64,000 nt of DNA from Amoeboaphelidium protococcarum X5 (lineage: Eukaryota; Fungi; Aphelidiomycota). This document shows positions 52,548 to 64,000 of this stretch, piece by piece; the first letter of the stretch is position 1, and the number at the start of each line of letters is the position of its first letter. The notes beneath the pieces were generated by a model. That model saw only the letters and a program-made list of their open reading frames with translations, was not told the origin of the DNA and searched no databases. The translations under genes were made by a program, and so were the position numbers. The stretch is taken from positions 2,108,762 to 2,172,761 of the forward strand of contig JALDTO010000266.1 in assembly GCA_023515725.1 (NCBI GenBank), written 5' to 3'.

Positions 52548-54164
52548 ATGTAATACCTAGTGTTGAAATTGTGCTCACTTTTAACGACTGTTGTGATCTT
52601 CACGCGTTCGATACCAAGCGAAGATCTGCCGATCAAATGCCGGTTGAGAGACAATACGCCTGCTGGTGGAGGACCTGATAGTTGTGCGTCCTGTACAAAG
52701 TAAGTCGTTGTAAGTGAATCGCCGTCTATACCCTGCTCTTCTAATGCTATTACTCTGGCATCTTCATCTACTGCATCCTCCACAGTCTAGGTGATTTCTT
52801 CTACGCCGAGCACAACTACTCTGGCTGTTGTGGAAAGCATTACTTGCACATCGTCGCAATTAATCAATACCTCTAGCTAAGATAAGACGTCTGCTATTCC
52901 AACTACTTAATCCAAGTTCACCTTATATACCTCCTCTCAAATCACTAGTTCATAGTCTAAGGTTGTTACAACCGAATACGGTTCAAAGTCTACACTGTCT
53001 ACTATTTATACCTCTACTACCGATTAGATACCCTCGTTAACTAAAACTTCCTCTAGCTTATTAAGTACTTCTGCTCACGAAAGTATTTTTGCTTCAACCT
53101 CTACTACTATAGCAGTGTCCACTACCACTGCAGTATCTACCCCTAGTACAAAGACTCGTCGTAAAATCCGTACATAACGTGTAAAGTCGTCTTAGTACTC
53201 TTCTGCTGCTTCATCTAGTACATTGTCCAAGACCAAGACTCGTCCAACTGCACCAACCACGGTGCGTACGACAACTTATTAGTCTATTCCTACCTTTAAG
53301 CCACTCGAGTCTTCCACAAAGGTCTCCAAGACCAAGACCAAGTCTACCACTTCCAAGAAAATGTCTACTTCTGTTCAGCCTCCTAAAACTACCACGAGAC
53401 AGCCTGTGATTACACCTACTTCCTAGAGGCCGTAAAACCCAATAACTGTACCTACACCTCCGCATCCTGCTAAACTGCCTGCGCCATTCTCATAGAAACC
53501 CTTAGTTCCCGCACCGCCTCCTCCACCTGCACCTGTAGCTGAAGAGCCACCTATGGACAATGGCAGTAGCTGCTGCGCATCCCCTCTAGTGTTTGATGTC
53601 AACTACGATTGGCGTGTACAAGTCAAATTTGGCACCGGTATCTGGTTGGATCCTAGTAATGTGACTGAACTACATGCCGGAGCTGATGGTGGTGATGTAA
53701 TGCTAGCAATGCCTGATATCAATGGAAATGGCTAAATTGATATCGAAGAAGTGTTTGGTAATAGAACATTGAGTCCTTTTACGAATGTGTCATATAAGGC
53801 AGCTAATGGTTTTGAAGCTCTACACAAGCTAGCTATTGAAGCTGATGCTTAACCCTTGTGTATTGAAACATCTGCTAATCCTAAAGACAAGTCTGTATTG
53901 GTGTCCCTACCCAAACTTAAAGCTTGTCTGTAAATGTACGGCCATGATCTGGGATTCATTAGTGGAGATAATGTGAAGGTATTGCAACCTCTGAATCAAG
54001 TGGATACCGTTGATGTAGTTGACTACGTTGAGACTCCGGATGATTGTAAAAGTGGTATGAAGCATGCACAGAAGGGTCATTATTATGACAAATCAGGTCA
54101 TGAATGGCGCGTCGATGATGTTTGGTTCATGACTGGAACTCCTTACAGTAAAGGTCTTATTTGA
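52548..54164 (+). CDS. Secreted protein B, 538 aa, paralog of 40734-42572: signal peptide, S/T/K stalk, short Pro tract, FrpC-SPM-like domain
   Basis: MQYLVLKLCSLLTTVVIFTRS..IKCRLRDNTPAGGGPDSCASC; the C-terminal 194 aa differ from paralog A at about 11 positions by my manual count. Confidence 0.85.
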
Positions 54165-54406
54165 GTGTTCTTTCTTTAGTGATATGTTAGTCACCAAAGG
54201 CCTTTATAAGCATGACTTTTTAATATATTATAGTATATCTGTATAAAGTTGTTATTTGCAGGTTTAATCACGTTTACTTTGGATGTATCAACGCGGATAT
54301 ATCTTGTACTCAGTCAGCGTCGTTATGAATACTAAAATAGCATTGGGATTTCATGTTGACCTCATTAAAAAGACAGAAAAAGATATTCCTATCGCTTGTT
54401 ATAGTA

Positions 54407-54904
54407 ATGATGAACTTTTAATCTAAAGGAAGACATTGCTGCTGCAGCCATCGCTGTTCACACTCGTGGAGTTTAGCAGAAAAGTCCGAGTTGAAACAAC
54501 AGAAGAATACAGTCAGGTCCACGATCAAACCGATTTCATAATAATCATCTGGTCATAGATTATCTGATTATAATCCAGGCATTTACCAGAACATTAGTAT
54601 TAACAATTCATAATTTAAAGCAGATGCTATAAAGTAGTAACAGCCGTTTATGGATGGTGATGCAATGACGTTGGAAGGCAAGAGTAACAGTCAATCTGAG
54701 GCGTCTCGAGAAGTGCCATTATCGTTTAATCAGGACTATGGATGGAGAAGATATAGAGAGCATCGCGTTCACTGGGATGATATAATGGTTGACAGAAAGA
54801 TTATCAACATGTATATATAATAAGATCATCAGGTTGGAAGTGCATTGAAGAGAGTGCGCCAGCATGTCGACTCGATGAAGTCAAAGTACAGTTCAAATAT
54901 ATGA
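54407..54904 (+). CDS. Hypothetical protein, about 165 aa (alternative ATG at 54353)
   Basis: Open frame with TAR-encoded Gln runs, ending in TGA 26 bp before the SAC2 stop. No family recognised. Confidence 0.4.
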
Positions 54905-54930
54905 TAGACTAAGTTTGTTATACAGTGATC

Positions 54931-57743
54931 TCATTATCGCTTTCGAAATACAGACATGGCCTACTTTACAAAGTGCACGGGAGATTTTATGCTCTACTAG
55001 TGTTATTCCGCGGCTGCCGGCACGAATTAATCCAATTCGCAATCAAGTACGAAATTCTTCTACGACGACTCTGGTGTTCTTTCATGGTCAGGTATACGCA
55101 AAACTTAGTTGGCCATTTTGGCCACCACTTCTTCAGCAATATTCTAACTTTCCACAATGTTATCAGCATCTGCAAGTATAAGTAAATGGTCCTTACCAAC
55201 TGCAGTATTAACCGGTCGTTTAGGCCTAGGTGAAGAGACGTTAGTTCTATATATACTTTCGCCTGATTTCTAATAAACTACCACAACTCCATATATAGTT
55301 CTAGCTTTATTTAGAGACACGATACCTTTAAGTAACTGGGAAATGCATGCTAGAGGAACATTCAACGCTTCTGTAACTTTATCAAGTTCTGCATCGAAAA
55401 TGGCCAAGTGTAGAGAATTCATAGTCAGAATCAAACCTCTATCGCCAACCACTGGAATATTAGCATGTAAACTCACTCCCTAAACAATCTGCTTGTACAT
55501 CACCATATCATCAGGCGATAAGAGATAAGATTCAACAGTCGTCAATATATCATTTCGGAGATCCGTTGGTTATGCACTACCAGAAGACAAGGTGTCTTTG
55601 TCTGCCTGAATCTATTACTCCTTCTACAGTTTACCATCAAACTATTCGAGTGAAATCACACCTTGTACGTAATCAATAACATTCTGCCTAAAGGAATCTC
55701 TGAAATTATTCTGATATAATCGATAGACACTATTAGAGCCGTCCTAAATAATACCAGTCCACTACCTCTTGTTCGTTCGAGTGATGTCTCCTTTGAGAGC
55801 ATTAGTGCTTGTATAAGCAGATGATATAGCATCACCATTGTCTGCCCACAGAATTTAAAAACTCTTCTCAAAATCACCAAAATAAGCCAATCCCTACTCT
55901 GGGGAGGAGTGAATACCAAGCTTTAAGAGTTGCTAATTAAGAATCTAACGCCCAAGAAGAGATTGGACAAGATTAGTCCTGTCGAGACAATCTATGCAGT
56001 TGGTTCTAAATGTACCACATTAAGATGCCAAAACTTTATTTTCATCTTTCCACAAATACTAAAATCTATCAACGAATGGCTAGATAAGGGATACCAATTT
56101 ACTTAGGTTCTCATATTTCATCTTCTTACACTCCTTATGGACATCAAATTCTATTATGGATAAATGTTGATTAGCCAATCGAGTCATAATCTCAGCAAAC
56201 TGCGAACCAACTATAGCCTCACGGCCATTCTATTCAACAAGACTAATACTCACAATATCTCCATACAATCGACGTAGCTCATCATAATGACTGGTCAAAG
56301 CATCCAGATTCTCTTCCTGTGAGCCAAACAATTCTGGAATCGGTTTCCGTTATGTGGAATTCTATTTCCAAAATAAAGGGATAGAACCTCTGACTTGAAC
56401 AAAACTAGCCAAGTGTGACTACTTAGTAACACCAGATGTTGCATTATCACCATCTTCTATGCTTTAATCGCAATCGTTTCCAAAGATTCGTATTCGCTGT
56501 TCAGTCTCTACGAAATTCGCCACATGTCCATCAGAGTCAATACCGCGCCTTTTATATCTCATTCCAGATCTAAATCTACTCCGCCTACTTAAAAGTGCCA
56601 ATTGGAATGGATGTCCTTCAATTTGACTATCGACGACACCCACAAATCCCTACATGACAGGAATAAGGAATGGCTCCACCAATTTACTGCATTAAAGAGA
56701 ACCATCATTTGCGTTGAGAAACGGAGAGCAGAGATGTCTATTCCACCAAAATCGGTCGTCCAATTAGCCAAAAAGTCTTTATGAATTCGATCTATTGTAG
56801 AGCTTGCGCTGCTCCGAGTTGGTAATGTCAAATTCGCCACTAGAGTAGAAAAAGCATCCAGACACAAGTAGAGATTTTAACGTGGCAATAACACTACGAT
56901 CCTTTAATACGTGTAAAAGCTAGGCGTCTTTACTCACAGTATTATTGTTATTGGATACCGATGTCTGAGCCAGTTAATCTTAAGATAGTCTATTTCTATT
57001 GTTAAATATTGAAGACACGGTTTATGAGTCAATCTGATTAAACTCTGCGTAGTTGGTGGGCTGCATTTACATATAAGATTTTATAGAGGATGCAAACTAA
57101 CCACCAACTTTCAAGAAATAATGCAAGCCCTTTTTAATGTAATCAGATGAAGCTTGAGATTATTCAACGCTTTGTATTGCATCTTACATCTCAGTATATC
57201 CATAATCAACCTGGCCATCACCATCTTATAGTATATCACTCGATTATGTCTTACTATTCTTCAACTTGTTCTACAAGTAAAAACAATAAAATATTTAACT
57301 CTCAATTACAGACAAATACAGCTTACTATAATAGCGACAGACTAACAAGCTCCACGATGAGATAGAGGGATAAAGTGGACATCAGACACTTTTAGAACGG
57401 AGCAGTCATCAATCACGCCAACACTCTTGGATTAAGTCACAACAATCAAATATGAGCCTAAACTAAAAGAAATAAATAGATATAAATTTAAATGAGATGA
57501 TAACAATATTACCAGTGAAGAGCTATATGATACCAAGGATCCCCTCAATGGAGCAATGACAATTATCGGAAGGCTAATCAATACTCTCTAATGGCTACTC
57601 TACATCACACGAAGATTATTAGCAGGAAACCAAATAAAATATAGAATACCGTGTACATTGACTTTCAGAGTCTAGAAATATATAGATAGTGAAGAGAATT
57701 CCCCTACTACAGCAAGATGATCGTCCTTAACACTAAGCTTCAT
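54931..57743 (-). CDS. INPP5F: SAC-domain phosphoinositide phosphatase, Sac2/INPP5F-like, 883 aa; introns 57600-57649, 57458-57512, 57271-57326
   Basis: GILGIIQLFTGSYLIVVT, SRRSRFRSGMRYKRRGID..VANFVETEQ, FVQVRGSIPLFW, catalytic RTNCIDCLDRTN, WADNGDAIS; C-terminal extension typical of Sac2. Confidence 0.88.
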
Positions 57744-58049
57744 TCTGTTAAATCCAACCAATGAAGAAAAGAGAGTGAAACATTCGTTCGTTCGCGTTTG
57801 AAACGAAATGAGAAGAGAGAGTGATCACCAGCAATCTGCATCGACAGTGAACGCTTTTGCCGAAAAGGTGAGCGCGCGATTACAATTGGACTAGCCGAGG
57901 CTACGCGTCGGTACTGCATAAGGCTCACTCTGCAAATGTACGATAAAGAGAGAGAAGTACAAATAGCCGCAACAAAATATAAAATCATTCCACTTAAGTA
58001 CGTAGTATAGTAAATATAAAATGTATAAAATACAATACGATTTATGTAT

Positions 58050-58658
58050 TCAGTATGGCGCGTATCCGCCTCTTCCACCACCGCTACCACGACCTCCGCG
58101 GTATCCGCCTCCTCTTGATCGACCACCTCTACCGCGATAGGCGCCTCTGCTCGATGCTCCTCTAGCACCACCACCGCGTCCTCTTCTATTATATCCAGGG
58201 ATATTAGTCCTCTTGGCGGTGACCTATAGCATTCGATTCCTGAACAATGTACCACTAAGAATGAGAGCATTTTCAACACTTTTCGCATCAGCAAATTCAA
58301 CATACGCATGGCCTTTGGGTCGACCTGTGAACTTATCAGCCAGGATAGTGACACGATTTATAGCACCACAATCTTGGAAATGTGCTTATAACTCTTCAGC
58401 TGCAGTCTCATAGTCTACATTACCAACATATATTGACCGTTTATCAATTTCTTCCTATGCTGCAGCAGTAGCCTGATTCTCCTATTCCAACTAGTCGTGC
58501 ATCTGTCTCACTTTATCAGCCTCTTTCACTAACTCCTCCACTTTCTACTATATTTACTCTGGTGTTTATACGGGCAATCCAAAAGAATCTTCCAATTCCA
58601 TAGCCTTGTCATCATCTTAATTATTATTATTATAATTAGTGACTGTATTGGAATTCAT
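58050..58658 (-). CDS. PABPN1: Nuclear poly(A)-binding protein (PABPN1/Pab2), 202 aa
   Basis: [49 protein letters not shown] tail ending YAPY. Confidence 0.95.
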
Positions 58659-58805
58659 TTTGAGTGTTTTTGTCGAGTTTTTGTGTTGATCAAATAAAAG
58701 CCAAGAGAAGAAGGAGAAAATGCAGCAAAGATCAAATGAAGTGCTTCAAGAGACTGCCACCTAGTACATGTACGATCTATTAAAATAATAAGATATGAAA
58801 GGGCA

Positions 58806-59957
58806 TCATTCATTAGTACTAAGTATCACAGTTCTCAAGATGTAGATATTTGATAGAAAGAAGGCAATACTTGATGCGAACAATTCAATAAACGTGTTCT
58901 CGCCTTTAATCTCCAAGCGGTAGGCAAAGTACAACCACACGGCTTGCGACAATACCCAATATGTTGTGCATTAGAGTAGTTACTTCATGGACATCCGCAC
59001 ACGCTACTAAATTAAAGGGATAAAGACCAGGAACCAGATAAAATACTGAGACGTTATAACCTTGTTGAAAGATACAAATACAAAGGTGCACAGGATGACG
59101 GCCATTATAAGATCTCGTGCAGCGTATCGCAACGAAATGGCCAGCAGTAGAGCAACTTGTGGTAAAAACGTGAGGATTGAAGAGTATCTGATAGCCGATA
59201 AGTTATCAGCCGCTGTGACCTGCATGTACATCAAAGTGTTATAAATGGCAAAATTATGACGATGGTCTCTTCTCCCAATATGATACAGATAGGCATTGTG
59301 TAAGAAGTCCATTCCATACCGTTAATAAAACACCGCGGTCAGTCCGCCTAATGAGAGTAGAGAAGCCACGCCAAACTTTAGAATTCTAGGGATACTTGCA
59401 GAGAGCGTATTAGATCGAGAGCAAATAAAAAAAGCGATAGAAGGTGCGTAAATCAATGGGTAAATCTTCCAATGAATTGAGACTCCGTATATCATTCCAG
59501 CCAATAACAACTTCTAGTTCTATAACAGGTATATGGTTATAATGACCAGTAAAACAATAATACACTCAGCATTACCGCGAGTAGATATAGCGATTACAAA
59601 TGGGTTCAGCCACCACCACCATACGACCGCATTAGACTATGTGCCCAACCGTGCCAGTAGCAATTCCATAAAGCAGCCACATATGATATCACCAGAGACG
59701 AATAATAATTTACCAAATGACTAGTCTATTATGTGGTTCCCTATCATCATCAGAGCCAGGAGCGGCGTATATCGGTAAGTGGATCTCTCATAAGGACTCT
59801 ACCCTTCAAGCATGAATCGGGCAGCATCAGTAAAAACTTCATAGTCAATGTCCGTGTATCTAATCCCCCATAGTTCCAATCCAGACACAGCCACCAACAA
59901 TACTCTGACCAAAATAGCAACTATTACCAGCCATCGCTTCATCCCGAGGAGAGTCAT
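58806..59957 (-). CDS. GPI14: GPI mannosyltransferase 1 (PIG-M/Gpi14); start at ATG 59957 or 59942
   Basis: [66 protein letters not shown]. Confidence 0.96.
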
Positions 59958-60198
59958 AGAATATACAAAGCAGTCAATAGCAGATGATGAGACTTAACTT
60001 ATCCTTCGACCGTATGAAAGTTGATATAATACACTGAAACCTTCAGCGAAATTTTAAAATGCGTCGCTCTATTTGAGATCTTTTAGTTTGACCGCGTGAT
60101 CATTTCACCACAGTGCTGTAATATTTTTGCTCTTCTATAAAGACTCATTTTCTTAGTGCTCACTAAAATTTTAAAACCAGTCTGTATTAAAATTCAAT

Positions 60199-61122
60199 AT
60201 GGCGTAATAACTCAAATCTTCAGTCATTATTCCGTCGATGCATGCAATTAGTCGAGTAAAGATTCCATTGCATACCAATAGTGTACCTGCCGTGTAACCA
60301 CTTAAGTGGACGCGTGTGGAGGAGCGCACAGGACTGCTGGCCATCAAGAAGGGCATGATGAGCGTGTGGGATCAGCAGGGCAGACGCGTACCAGCCACTG
60401 TTTTGTAATTGGATTAGACTATCGTTCTGGGACACAAGACTGAGCGTCGCGATGGTTATGACGCGTTAGTTGTCGGTTGCCGATCAGTAGATGTGGATAC
60501 CATGGAGAAGTTGGACAAGTATTAGTCACACGTTGCCGTATCGCGTCAGGCTGCTATTGGATATTGCGTCAAGCATTTTAGTGAATTCAAAGTATCTCCC
60601 AATGGATTTATCCCGGTCGGCACTCTTTTGAACGCGGCTCACTTTGTACCGGGTCAATTTGTTGATGTGCAGGCGAGATCGAAAGATAAAGGTTTCCAGG
60701 GAGTAGTGAAGAGGTGGGGATTTCATGGTCAATCCGCGTCACATGGTGTATCTAAAGCTCATCGCTCCGGTGGTTCGATTGGTATGAGAAAGACACCTGG
60801 TAAAGTGTTCAAAGGTAAGAAGATGCCTGGGCACATGGGTGATGAGAACGTTACGGTACACAGCTTGCAGGTTCTTCGCGTCGATCGACTGTTGAATCTG
60901 CTCTATATCAAGGGCAGTATTCCGGGTGATAATGAGAGCTGCGTTAAAGTGTGGGATTCTCTATTTAAAAGTGAGGAACAGTTTGATCCTTACCTGAATC
61001 CACCTCCATTCCCAACTATAAGTCCTCAATCTCTAGAACTGATGCCTGCTGAGCTGAGTATACAGTCTGGAGATGATGCCGAATAGTCCTTTTCCTCAAA
61101 GTACTTATATAAAATAGACTGA
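60199..61122 (+). CDS. MRPL3: Mitochondrial ribosomal protein uL3m, 307 aa
   Basis: RTGLLAIKKGMM..WD..G.RVPATVL, HFVPGQFVDV, KGFQGVVKRWGF, HGVSKAHRSGGS, PGKVFKGKKMPGHMG. Confidence 0.96.
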
Positions 61123-61232
61123 TTTTTATTGCATTCAGCGTGTAAATATTTTCATTATATAAGCCATTTTATAATAAAGACAGTTTTGAGGCAAGCTTGC
61201 TAAAATTACAGTATTACAATACTGCAAGTCTC

Positions 61233-63743
<2,511 letters not shown>

Positions 63744-64000
63744 TTAATATTGATACTTGATAATAGGGACCAATTATGAGTCAGTCTGTTAATAGTGAAG
63801 ATAAGCTAAGAGGAAAGAATTGGAAAATGCAGAGCGACGTCAAAGAAGAATTCTGTGCTGATCACGCGTTTGTCATCGTCGTCATCGTTATGCCTTAAAC
63901 GGCGAAAGATTTTGGGAATATCAAAAATTGATTGAAGTGGATACTTCGAACATTATTATTATGCGAACAGTCAGCAGTACGGCGGTAAAGACAATGACGC

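Overview
Gene-dense eukaryotic nuclear DNA that does not use the standard genetic code. TAA and TAG are read as Gln and TGA is the only stop, so the supplied ORF track breaks almost every gene into pieces. Re-reading with TAR=Gln gives about 30 intact genes, all ending in TGA: divergent short IFT88, ERB1/BOP1, an Alba-fold protein, a stand-alone myosin TH1 protein, DCTN5, UFD1, syntaxin-16, RPC3, THOC3, SSNA1, a mitochondrial carrier, IPK1, Hook, a GH72 Gas/Gel, an R3H protein, otubain, NEO1/ATP9, SPATA20, SGT2, EDC4, RVB2, TPX2, ataxin-2/Pbp1, SAC2/INPP5F, PABPN1, PIG-M, MRPL3 and RSP5. There are also short introns (49-71 nt), a frameshifted Tc1 (DD34E) transposon and three degenerate pseudogene tracts. 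Fungal-type genes together with centriole/IFT genes and TAR=Gln best fit an aphelid such as Amoeboaphelidium protococcarum (inference). Most novel-looking: (1) two paralogous secreted mucin/Pro-stalk proteins ending in a domain resembling the bacterial RTX FrpC Ca2+-dependent self-processing module; (2) a secreted precursor with a Kex2-type site ahead of a glycine-zipper amphipathic peptide; (3) a TGTAG 3' splice consensus; (4) an array of 18-nt hairpin repeats with a covarying stem; (5) the UFD1 stop codon directly abutting the first DCTN5 ATG. All family calls come from manual translation and recalled motifs; no database search was run.
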